Below, piece by piece: positions 38,994-51,200 of a stretch of 64,000 nt of DNA. Every line of letters starts with the position of its first letter. Position 1 is the stretch's first letter. Source of the DNA: Bilabrum cf. latius (Eukaryota); contig OZ237775.1 of assembly GCA_965178125.1 (NCBI GenBank), positions 124,001-188,000 of the forward strand, read 5' to 3'. The notes below the pieces were generated by a model. The model made no database searches, had not been told where the DNA came from, and worked only from the letters and a program-made list of their open reading frames with translations. The translations under genes were made by a program, and so were the position numbers.

Positions 38994-41129
38994 ATGTCAC
39001 GTAGTCGAGCAGGGAATGGCGGGTCCCTTGGGTGGCTTTCTCTTGCGATTCTTGCGGCGGTCTCCTTTGGAATCACACTGTTCGTTGCAACGCATAGCTT
39101 CAGTAGACCGAATGCATCCGGTCCAATCTTCACAAAACAAAATTCGGTGATATCTTACGTTGCTGGCAGTGCTGCTACGGACGCAGAGCTCGAAAAAGCG
39201 CACGAAGAAATCGAGAGGTTGAAACACTAGCTGGCCTCGGCCCGGCAAACTGCCGCTGAAGCCGCTGGCCTGCTCCGAGCCAGACAGAAGAAAGATAAGG
39301 CCGATCCGCAAGTTGAGCTTCCAGATATCCCAGCAGAGAGCAAGGTACCGGCGCTGCCTATGAAGCCTAGCAAAGTGGGATCCGAAGCACCAGCCGAGCG
39401 GAGCCAATCCATTGAGTCGCCCCAGGTGGCTTAGAGAGCCCAAGAGACCTAGGCTGCACCAACACAGGATAGCACGCAAATGCCTTTACCTGTTGCATCC
39501 AGCGCAGTGCCGCTCGCCTTGATGGATCCGCGGCTGCCTCCGGTGGGAGGGCCCCCCTAGCCAGGCATCTGCTGGAAGGGCTTCGATTTTGGTTTCATCA
39601 GGGAGTGGACGGGCCCGCAGCATACCAAGCACATGTGCAACACTCGGCCGCAGGGAGACGCACGCCTCACGTGCTACTCGGCAAGGCATGCTCACCTCTC
39701 GCAGCCCGCAGCTCCCCACGCCATGTGTACCTTAGACGGCGGCGGATGGCTCGACTTCACGAAGATGGCCCCGGCACAGTGCCCCGCCAGCAGACCCGGC
39801 TGGAAATGTGACGGGTAGCCCGTGTACCACCGCTTCACCAAAGGCTTCATCAGCAGCCGATGCGAGCCCACGCCAGAGAACAACCCCGTGCAGCACCTGT
39901 CCCAGGATCACCTCAGGGACATGTTCAAGGCCTTCCAGCCACTGGGTGCGACACAAGGCGAGGCGCCCCCGAGCGATGCATGGGGCCTGCCCTCTGGCCC
40001 CTTGGCTTTGTCTCCATATGGTACAGGGGACTAGAGCCCAACCGCTGCCTCTGGCGATGGCAATGGCAATGGCAGTGGCAATGGCAATGGCCCGCCGATC
40101 GTGCTCGCAGTCACCAGGGAGCGCGGGGAACACGCGAACCTGTTCCATGCCACGACGGATTTCATCAATGCGTTCATCGCACTGCATGGCATGGGTGTCA
40201 TGGACGGGGAGCAGGGCAGGATTGCGGAACAGCGAGAGGCAGTCACCGGCAAGGTGGGCGTGCTGCTCCTAGACGAGCAGGCGGAGGGCCCATTCGACGT
40301 GGTATGGGAGAGAGTGTTCGCACCTCGTTGGGGGGTCAGGAGGCCCTCAGTGTTCAAGCCGGCGGGGGAGGCGGGTGGCCTGCCGCAGTCCGGGGTGGGC
40401 CAGCACGAGAAAGTGCCGGAGGCGGCAAAGCCAATGCGCGGTCCTTAGTTGTCTGCCGATCGTGTCCTGTTTGTGGCACCGGGCTATGCCTCCGCGTTCT
40501 TTCACTAGAACAAGGGGAATGCTCTGTGCCGCGAGCCGGTGAGGATGTACAGGGCATACAGGTCCTTCTTCCTGGCCGGGTTGGGCGTGCAGGAGCCCAG
40601 GCCTGATCCTAGTGCGCCTTTGAAGGTGCTGTTCGTGTCCCGTAGGCCGTACAACAAGTTTGTGGAGCATTCGTCCGTGGGTCGGCAGATATCTAACGAG
40701 GACGAGGTGCTGGCCAAGCTGGGTCACGATGGTGGAAGGACGGTGTTCGGGACGAGCGGGGCGGTCGTGGAGAGAGTGGATTTCGTGCATTTTACGTACG
40801 AGCAGCAGGTGCAAAAGGTGGCTGAGACGGACGTGCTGGTGGGCATGCACGGTGCGGCTCTCACTCACTCTTTGCTGCTGCCTCCATGGGGCGGTGTGCT
40901 CGAGTTCTGGCCCAAGCAGAAGGACATGTGGCGATGCTTCGAGCACATGACCGAGCTGGCCTCTGGCAACTACGCAAGGTGGGCCAACTCAGACCCCCGC
41001 AAGTTCCGCAGTGACTACTAGGGTGACTACACGGAAGTAGATGTGGTAGGGATGGCGTTGGAGGCCTCAAGGCTGGCCGAAAGGGTCGTCGGATCCAGAC
41101 AGACCTTCGCAGAACTGGACGGCGACTGA
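38994..41129 (+). CDS. Type II membrane glycosyltransferase family 61 (EOGT/xylosyltransferase-like)
   Basis: N-terminal TM, stem, then RGEHANLFHATTDF, VLFVSRR, RQISNEDEV, QVQKVAETDVLVGMHGAALTHSLLLP. Nine TAGs read through; TGA 41127-41129. Confidence 0.85.
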
Positions 41130-41499
41130 TATGGATAGCACTGCAATACGAATTCATAGCCTTCCAAGGTATTACCCGCAAAGGTGTACTTACAAGAAGT
41201 TCATGAATAATCCCGAAAAGAATCGATCCGGATATAGCCTAGGCCTAGGCCTACCCGGTATTCGGATTCCGGATCACTGACGCAGAGAGATAGATACCAT
41301 TTTAATCCACGGATTCATCAAAGGCAAGTCTTCGAATTGAATAGTACCGGGGTACGTCACTTTGGTGACTGCCGAAAACAAATCAAAGCAGCGCTGCCCC
41401 GCACACAAGACATGGCGACAGCGGTTGACCGGCGGCCAACCCCCGCTACTCAGATTTCGGATCGCATACTCGTGGCGTTGGCGTCCGGCACGACCACAC

Positions 41500-44400
41500 T
41501 TACAGCCCTGCTTCGTACCTACGCCTCGCCTCCGCCACCGAGAACACGGTCGCCCCCGTGCCCTTGCCCACCTCGATCCCGGCCCGCAGCCCCTCGATCT
41601 GCACCTCGTACGAGCCCTCGCGCACCGCCAGCTCGCCATCCTCGTCTGCACTGGCCAACACAGAGGCGGGGATGGTCAGGTGCAGCACTTGCGACTTGCC
41701 AGGGGCCAGCACGACCGTGCGATCGAAGTCGAATAGCTCTTTGCGGGCACCGGACACCCGCAGCCCCTCCCCCCCTGTTGGGGTCACGAAACCAAGCACG
41801 CTCCACGCCCCCGCCACAGAGCCAGTGTTGGTCACAGTCACCGTGTACGACATGTCCTACACACCGCTGGCCACACCGGTCCCCGCCACAGCCATAGGTG
41901 TAGCCCCAACCCCGGAGGCCCATTGCACGTCGAAGGTGGTGTAGGACAGGCCGTCCCCGAATTCCCACATGGCCCCGTCTTCGGGCCCGTAGAACATGTA
42001 CGTCAGCCCGGGCACGTCATCGTGCGGCTTGATGCTCATGTCGAACATGGATCGCTTGCTGGTGATGTCGCTCGCGTACCAGGTGGTGGTCACTCGCCCG
42101 CTCGGGTTGGTCTGCCCCAGCAGCACCTCAGCGATGGCGTCCCCTCCGAGCTCCCCGGGGTAGTGCGCGTCCACGATAGCAGGCACATTGGCTTTGACCC
42201 ATGAATCCCCCAGCACCCCGCCGTGGATGTAGACCACCACCAGCGGCTTGGACCCCGCCGCCTGCGACACCTGCTGCAGTAGCTCCAGCTGGTGACCCGG
42301 CAGGTCGATGGACGTCCTGTCATGACCCTCTCTCTCCTGGCCCTGGTCCAGCCCGAGGAACACAATTACGGCATCAGCGGACTTTGCAGCTGATACTGCC
42401 TGGCTGAAACCGTCAGTACTACCGCACCCGACATCGCAGCCCTGCGCGTACTGGATCGATGCTTGGGGCAGCGCACCCTGCATAGCAAGCAGAGGGGTAT
42501 GCGAGTTCACGAGCACGTTGGTGCCGTGGTAGTTGGATAGCATGTCCTGGGATGCGTTTGCATGCGGGCCGATCATGGCAATAGAGGACAGCTTGGTCGC
42601 GTCCAGTGGCAGCACCCCGCCCTGGTTCTGGAGCAGGATGATGCCCTGCCGCGCCGCGTCAAGGGCCAGCTCTCGGTGGGCGGGCGTGTCCACGACCTCT
42701 GGCCCCAGCTGCCGGTAGGGGTTTCTCTCGGGCGGGTCCATCGCACCCAGTCGGATCACCTGCCGGAGGAAATTGCGGATGGCCGTCTGCAGCGCGGGAG
42801 TGGTCACATTGCCGTCTTCGACAGCCTGCGGAGGACGGCAAGGATAGTTCGAGATTAGCGGAAAATACATTATGGAGCGATTCTATGTATTCCAGTACTG
42901 CAGATGGGTGGTCAATATGCACTGTTATTGACAAACCAGCCTGACCTCACATTGACTAGGTTATCCAGGTAATATTTCCCGCAATCCACATCAGTGCCAC
43001 CCTCCTCGATGCCTGCCTTGACCGTGGCGCTGGGGGTGTCCGTGTAGTGGTGATTGTCAATGATGTTGCTGATGGCGCCGCAGCTGCGACAGTAAGGGAA
43101 GGGCAGACAGGAGCAAAGTGCAAGAAGGTGTGCCGGGCTTCAGCTGGATCAGTGGCACAAGATTCACCAAGGCAAACGGCGAAAGCACATAGCTGCAGGT
43201 AGACTCACTCGGACGTGATGAATCCGTTGAAGCCCCACTCTCCTCGGATGATGCCGTTGTTGAAGAACCCGTTCGCGCACGAAGGGATGCCGGTGGTCGC
43301 GTGGGTCTGGTTGCGCACCGTCACTGCGTTGTAGCTGCACATGGTGCTCTGCGCCTGCCCACGCTCGAATGCAGACCGGAACGCGGGCCAGAAATACTCC
43401 ACCAGTTCGCCGTATGTCACGATGGCGTTGAAGTCGTGTCTTGTACTGCCGTTCCAATTCTCGAGATCGTAGGCGGAGAAGTGCTTGGGTGTTGCCACCA
43501 CCCGGATGTAGTCCTCGTCATCAATCCCCTGCAGCCCGGTGACGTACTCAAAAGCATACTCCGAGTTGAGCACTGGGTCCTCCCCGGGCACCTCCTGTCC
43601 CCTGCCCCAGCGCGGGTCACGGAACAGGTTGATATCGGGAGCCCAGGCCAGCCCAGTGCCCCAAGGGCCCTGGTTGCCCAGCGATCGGGCTTCGTACGAG
43701 ATGGCAGTCGCCATGGACCTCCACAGGGTGCGGTTGAACGTGGCCCCTGTGACGAGTGCGTGCGGGAAGGAGGTGGGGCACCCGGTGGAATCGGGACCAG
43801 AGGCCGCGCCACAGCCGCACAGCGGGCCGTGAAGCGCCTCTGCAAACTTCATATCAGGCACGCCCAGCAGCGCAGCTCCGCTTGAGTGATACCCCTGCAG
43901 CATCCCTGCGGCCTGCTGCGGGGTGACCCTGGGCACGAGATCGTCCAGCCGCTGCTCGGTCGGCAAGTCCGGGTTGCAGTACGGGCGGTCCGGGAAATTG
44001 CTGCAGTTGAAGTTTGAGCCGCCATCCATGCAGATGGAGGAATTAGATGCGGTTGCAACCTTACCAGTGGACGCTTCATAGTTCCATTTCTGTGTATCCT
44101 TCCCGTTGCACGGGTTCAAGACGACTGGAGTCCCGGCAGCCACAACTCCAGAAATGTCCAAGCAGTGGCCGTTCATCTTGGACACGATATTCTGCGTCGA
44201 TGCGCTGTAGTTCCACTGCTGGTTCCAGGCGGTGTTGGTAAGAGTGTACAGGTGGACCTCTGCGCCGGTATCGTTAGACCACTCGTTGACGTCCAGTGTG
44301 AGTTGCGGATCGGTGCCTTCCAAGAGAAAACGAGAATTCGGGTACCTGCGGGCATGAAAAGGGGTCAGCACTAGACAGAGTCAATCTATTATTGTATTTC

Positions 44401-44590
44401 TTGTCATGTATCTGAACCGTATCAGGTATTGCCTGAGGCGTCATCCTAACGCGTCCTGTTGCAGTTGCCATTGCTGAGAAGGCGACGACGATAAGCACTC
44501 AAACAGCTGGACGATATTTCCCTTTGCTGGCGCGGGCTGTTTTGCAAACGTGATTGTACCCAAAGCAATGATGGCCACCAAACATTGCAT
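41500..44590 (-). CDS. Secreted ricin-B lectin + GH3 beta-xylosidase-like glycosidase, copy 2 (inverted paralog)
   Basis: Exons 44590-44451, 44345-43209, 43083-42951, 42825-41500, with the same intron positions as copy 1. TAG 41857 is shared with copy 1. Apparent stop TAA 41500-41502 overlaps a GTAAGT donor-like hexamer, so the end is uncertain. Confidence 0.9.
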
Positions 44591-45262
44591 GATGCAAGGA
44601 TGTGCGATGGTTTTGCGTAAGATCGGCGGCGTATTCTGGTTTTCGTTTCAACGTAAGGTGCTATTCGAAACAGTCGCTCGACGGAGCCTCGACCCGACCA
44701 GCGACGCTGGTCGTGACGATCAGGTCGTCGTACGGTCTGTACCACGCATAGTGCCGCAGCGGGGGTTTCTTAGTAGCACCACGCAGACGACAATTCCACA
44801 CTTTGCCAGTTTTCGATCGGAAGGAAGGGGTGCTTTGCAGGCACTACAGGGTGACCACGCCCTTTGCGGACAGACACAAGGTATACATATAAAGTGTCGA
44901 CTTGTTGAAGAGTGGAGAAAAATAATCGGACACTGCCCGCGTGGCCGCCAACGGCCCGGGCCGCCCGGCAAACCACGGCACTGCAATGGGATGATTCCAG
45001 TCCACCGACGGGTCAGTCTTCTGAATTCGCATAGGCTCTTGCGTAGTTGACAATATAGTAGTAGCTGAGTACGACTATTAAATTTAAGATATCAAACAAA
45101 TTGTTGGGCTGTGATGCAGTTCATCGAAGCGGTGTATAGCCTGATTGGCTGCTCCCTGATAGTGGACCGCCATTGACGGCGCATCTCTCCACGAAAGCCA
45201 GATATAGGAGCGTGGAAGAGCACCAACGCATTCCTATTCACTGAACTACTTTGGTATCTGCA

Positions 45263-48200
45263 ATGGGCCAGCCCAATTCGAAGCCAACTGACGGTAAAGG
45301 GGATAAGAGCACCAGCACGACAGGAAGTGGGACAAGTCAAGTCGCCGCCCAGGCGCAACACCCGAGGCCGAACTCAACTACATTGAAATCTAATGCAAGT
45401 ATAGGCAGTGATGCTGGCACGGGGGAGCAGCCAGGAGACAGCCTGCAACTTATCAGCTTGCGTGAATCGCACCCTAGCGGCAGCACTAGGTCTCACAACG
45501 GACCAGCGCCTCGGAAGCATGATTCGAACGAGTCTCCGAATGGCGCAGCATAGCGTTCTCTACTCCCCGCACCGACAGTCTTGCCCTCTCGGGTCGTCCC
45601 GTTGGCATCTCTTCATCCAGCGAGCGGCCAGCGCCCCTCGAAGGCAATGGGCAGGGTTCCATGGAAGCGGGGCGCGCTGCTCGGCTCGGGCGCGTTTGGC
45701 AGGGTCTTTTACGCTCTGAACCAGGACGATGGACGGACCATGGCAGCCAAGCAGGTGCCTCTCTACCGCAGGAACACGGAGTCCAGGAGGAGAGCCAGGC
45801 GGCGTCCTACCATGGGCGGCGCCGCGCGCGGAGGTTCCGCACTGGAGGAGTCCTTGTTGGAGGGTCTGGACGAGAAGACGAGGGAGCTCGTGTGCGCCCT
45901 GCAGCAAGAGATCAAGCTGCTCATGGACCTGGACCACCCGAACATCGTCAAGTACCTCGGTGCTCAGAGGGATCCTGTGGGCGGGGGCAGCGGCAGGCTG
46001 GTGGAGCTCACTGAGGTGGTGGAGGAGGAGGAGGGGGAGGGGGAGGGCTCGCATGAAGGTGAGGCGGGAGTCGCTGGGTCCACCACAGGGTCCAGCGGGA
46101 CGGGCACCGGCACGGGCAGTAGCAGCAGCGGAAGTGGACAGGCCAGGGTTAGGGCCGGCACTGGATCGGGATTCAGGGAGGCTGATGTGACTGGGATCTC
46201 AGACCCGAGCACCGGCTCCACGAGCGGAACCATTGGTGGCGCCGCGCAGGGGTCAAGGTTGCGACGAACGGGTCCTCGGCGTCCGTAGGGTGCATCACAT
46301 GGTGGTACAGGTCACACACACGCCACCGGCGACCCGGACCAGGGCAGCTCGTCTCGCCCCCGTGAGTCGGGGCAGGGTCAGGGGCAGGGGCAGGGGCAGC
46401 CGGCATTCCTGGTGCCCCGGATCGATCTGGGAGTCTCCGGTGCTCAGAAGAGTCGCAGTGGGGGAACGTTCGGCCAAGGATCCTCCGAAACCACCGAGGG
46501 CGCCTGGCAGGACCGTGACCAGGACCCTGATCATGACCGATCCTCCTCGATCGCTTCGTCCAGACAGAGGCGCCTGGGCCTGAGAGAGGACGTGCTCAAG
46601 ACGCCCGACTCGGAGCCGTTATCCCACGTGGAGGGTTTCGCGAGGGCCAACCGCAGGGATGCAGAGGTGCTGAGGCACCTGCCCTCTTCCGGCTCCGAGT
46701 CCTCTCGCCCCAGCGGGCTGGCATTCGAGCCAGGGTCAGCCTCCGGGTCAGGGTCAGTGCGGAGGTTCAATTCCGCCGAGACGCCCGAGTCGAGGCGGGA
46801 TTCTAGCCGCGGCAGTGACGTCATAGTGCAACGCAAAGCGCGGGGACAGGGGCGAGGTCGTCCCCGTGATGGGGTGCTTGCGTTGGAACGGGGCCGGCAT
46901 GCCACGGGGAGGCACAAGAGCTCGAGGGGTCTCGGCCGGAAATCCATGGAGCTCGCTGCATCAGGCAGCTTCTCAGATAGCTCCGGCGAGGAAGCCGAGG
47001 AGGAGCGAAGGCATCAGCGTGGTCGTAAGGGGAACAAGGGTGGGGGGAGGCAGGGAGGTTACGTCAGTCACGAGGTGACGAGCGGATCCCGGCTGCTGCG
47101 GGTGCAGTACTCGTCCAAGGAGAGCAGCACGAGCAGCAGGCGGGGGCAAGGGAGCAGTATGGCTGCGATTAGCGCCCGAGGCTAGAAAGAGAATGGTGAT
47201 GGTGGTGGTCAAAGTGGCGGAGGCAATGGGGGAAATGCGAGCCCTGGTAACCACAGGGACACAGGTGACGGGTGGAGCGAGCTAGACATGGTGCCTCCCA
47301 GCCTGCCAGTGGGGCCGCAATCGGGGGAGAGGAACAGCGGGGGCGACGAAGCAGTACATGGGATGCATGGCATTGAATCGCGGTCGAGCCCTGGGTGGGC
47401 GCCAGCTCCCATCGCCGCCACTGCTGCTGCGCCTGGGTCTGGTCCTAGTCGCCATGGCTTGCGAGCAGGCAGCAACAGCCAGGACTCTGGCGATTTGCAG
47501 CGGGTGCACCGCGGCGGTGGCACGCGGGACAGCAAAACGACTCAGGGCGCGAATGACGAGTCCGATGGCGGTCGCGGGGATGCATCCGGCAGCAAAGGTT
47601 CCCTCCGTGGTGTGAGCGAGAGCAAGCATAACCTATCGCAGCTCGATGCCTCGTCACTCGGCAGCGAGATGCAGGGCAGTGCGTTGCTTCCTAGTCGGTC
47701 CTCATCCAGCTCCGAACCGCGTGCCCTCCGACGCGTCAGGACACGCCACAGACTGATGCCTGACGGCAAGCCCGAGGACTGGGAGCAAGGCGCTGTGTGC
47801 AACCTGACCATTCTGATGCAATACGCCTCGGGGGGGTCACTGGCTCAGCAGCTGCAAGACTACAGCCCCTTGCAGGAGAAGATCGCTGCAAAGAGGACAG
47901 GGGACATTCTGGCAGGGCTTATGTACCTGCACTCCAGGAGCATCATCCACCGAGACGTGAAGCCCGCGAACGTGCTGCTGGACGCCGCGGATGGGCGAGC
48001 AATGCTGGCGGATTTCGGGGCCTCTGTGCGGGTCAAGTCGATCGCTGCGATGGAGAAGCGAATCCTGAGGAGAGCTTCGTCGTCAGGATTCGATCCAGAG
48101 CTGGGAAGCGACAAGGCGGATGACAGGGAGGGGGCGGGGCATCGGTAGGGGTATGGATCTAGCGCAGCAGCCGCTAGGCCTGCTTCTGCTGTGGGTGACA

Positions 48201-51200
48201 CAGGCAGGGGTGGTGCTAGTGGCCGCCCCAAGCCTATACAGCTCGCGAGACTCTAGACAACCGGCGGCACTGAACTCAATGATGGCGCCAGACCTGGCAA
48301 CACAGAGAGCGGACACCTGACGCCATTCACAGATGCAGATGGAGGCGCCGGCTCCACAAAATCTGGGAGCGAAACTGTTGGAGCAGCAACGGCCGATGCG
48401 GCCACAGCCGCTGCTTTATGCGCACTAGGCAATCCATAGGGGGGCACCTTGGTGCAGGACCTCATCGATCTGGAGGGTGGACAGGGCAACCACAAGCACG
48501 GTCGTGTTCGTTTGCACCGCCACGGACCCAAGCACGGCCATGGTGGCAGCAAGGCGGGTGCCAGCACAGACCTCTAGGACTAGGGCGTGCAGGTGCAGCA
48601 ACTAGGCAGCGATTCGGATTCTGATTCCGGGTCCGGATCAGACAGCGCGCGCTCCCTGAAGGGGACTCCCCTGTACATGGCGCCGGAGGTTGTGAGACAG
48701 GCCAACTATGACGGGAAGGTGGACATATTCTCGCTCGGGTGCACCGTGGTGGCGATGATCCAAGGAAACCCGCCGCTTGCGCACAAGTTTGACAACCCGA
48801 ACGCCCTCATGTTCTACCTCGCCTCGGGTGGATCCATCCCAAAGCCAACGAATGGCTCGCCTGAGTACCGGCACTTCGTCCGCATGTGTCTGCAGCGCGA
48901 GCCCGACATGCGACCGACCGCAGAGCACCTCTTGCGACACCCATGGATCTTGCGCATGCCAATGGAGGACCCAGCCGCAGACCCGGAGATCGTCTAGTGG
49001 GAATTCGAACCAGAGGAGCAGGACGAGGAGGGCCCGAGTATAGAGGCAGGATCGGACTCGTCCTTTGGAACCACGCCGATGCATGGCACCGGCACTGGCA
49101 CTGGTACTGGCACTGGCGGACATCGCACACCTCGTGCCGACACGCCGCTGTTTAGAGAGGATGGGCGTCAGAGTCCCGGCGCAGCTGGTGGTGGTGCAGC
49201 AGCAGATGGTCCCGGTTCAGCGCCCCCCCACTCTCGGACAGCAACCGGCAGTGACTGGCAGGGTCACTCGTCACGCGAAGTGCCGGTGGAGCCACAAGCA
49301 TTAGACAAGCGAAAAGGAGAGAAGGGCATGGTTCTTGAATTGGGAAATGCTGCCAGGCGGGGTCCCGGGCCGGCCCTGACACGCACCGGGAGAGTGGATT
49401 TGGCCGCAGCGGGAAGTTCCGCAGCAGCGGGTCGTGGCCGAGTAGGTGTAGAAATGGATTCAAATTCCGACTCTTCGCGAGAGGGTGACAGTGACGGGCA
49501 GGGGGAAACTCGTCGAAGCCCACGACGGGCTAGGGAGGGCGGCAGGGAAGGCGGCACGGGCAGGGGATCTGCCCTGGGCGGTGCCTTGGATGAGAAAGAC
49601 AAAGCTGAGGCCAGGCGCTTGTTCTACGGGCCCGGTCCCGGGGTGCCTCTGGATTCAGGAAGCAGATCCAGAGGGATGACTGGCAGCAGCAGCCGCGACA
49701 CTGCGGATCTAGCGAGGGTGGGTGGGAGGGCAACGGGGGTGTCACCTTACGGGGGTCGGGCGGGCAAATCCGGAGGGACGGGCGACAGCGCCAGCGCCGT
49801 GCTGCGTGCCATGGAACACAGCGAGCATGGGCGCGGGCTGCCTCAATCCACCTCTGTAAGCTCTGCGGATGGGTACAGAGACAGTGAGGCGGACGATGCT
49901 GGTGGCAGGGAGCTGGATCTGGATGGGGATGTGGAGGGTACAGGCACAGGGGGGGGCGAGGCAAGCGCGATGGGAATGCGGCTCGCCAGCTCAAGAGAGG
50001 CATCCGGCTCCGAATCCGATTCGGACCCGGAGCCTATACCCGGCTCTGAGAAGCATGTGGATGGGCCCACAGCGGGACCATGGTCAAGGTCTGCCAGGCG
50101 CCGTGGGTCTGCAAGTGACGCAGCCGGTCCCAGCGACGGGACAAGCGGTGCAGCGAGACTAAGAGGCACGGGAGGTTCTGTGCAGCCCAGTCACGCGATG
50201 CAGTTTGTGAGAACAGTAGATTCTTCGAGCGCTAGTCCTGGCACTGATATCAGTGGGCCTGTGGACGACTCTCGGTGGGGAGGGATCGGGGGCGGGCTGG
50301 GTGGTCACAGCTCCAGCTCCTTCGAGCCATATGTGTCTGAGGGATCGACAGGCAGGCCCGTCGTGTCGGATGGCTCCAGGGGATTTCGAGCTGTGACAGG
50401 AAGCTCTGAATCTCATGCGCATGGGCATAGGCATTAGCATGGGCATGAGCATGGGCATGGGCAGGGTGATGTCACGGAGGCTGGCAGCACGCCGCGGCGC
50501 AGCCGATTGCCGGCAGCTGGAGTTGTAGACGGGGTGCATGGCATGCGCGTACACTCAAATTCAGGTGTGGGGACAGGCAGCCTGCATAGAAGTCACGGTG
50601 GCATGCGCTTGCATCTGCCCGGTGGTGGTGGTGGTGGTAGTGGTGGTGGTAGCGGTAACACCGGCATTCGTGTCGATGCTGGTCAAGACACCACATCGGC
50701 ACAGAATCACGACCATGTGTACAGAGGGGTATCGCCCAGTGGACAAGCACCGCACGGTGGCTGGCCATTGCCGGCAGGGGCTCAGCCTGACGACACGACA
50801 AGGAGGAGGAGGGGCCTCGAGTCGGCCGGATCCAGCGGGTCACGATCCGGGGCCACGCCCGGCCTTCACCCTAGGACGCCCGGGTCCCAGCTAGCGGCAA
50901 ACAGCTTTGGCGCGCAAGGCTCACATGGTGGAAGAGGGGGGGGAGGGGAAGGGGGAGGAGGAGGAGGCAGCCGCAGGGCAGGCAGGGAGAGGGGCAGCGG
51001 GTCCATGGACTCGGCACACTCCCAAATCCCCGGCCTGCTGGGGCAGGGTCAGTTCCGCCGGGACCGCGTGGACCCCACTGCTCCGATCGATGCCTCACAC
51101 GGGTCCTCCTCCGAGTCCTCTCGAGGCATCGGGATCGAGTCGATGGCGACAAGCCCCTGGATCGGCGGAGGAAGCTCCCAGAGAACAACGCCGGGCAGCG

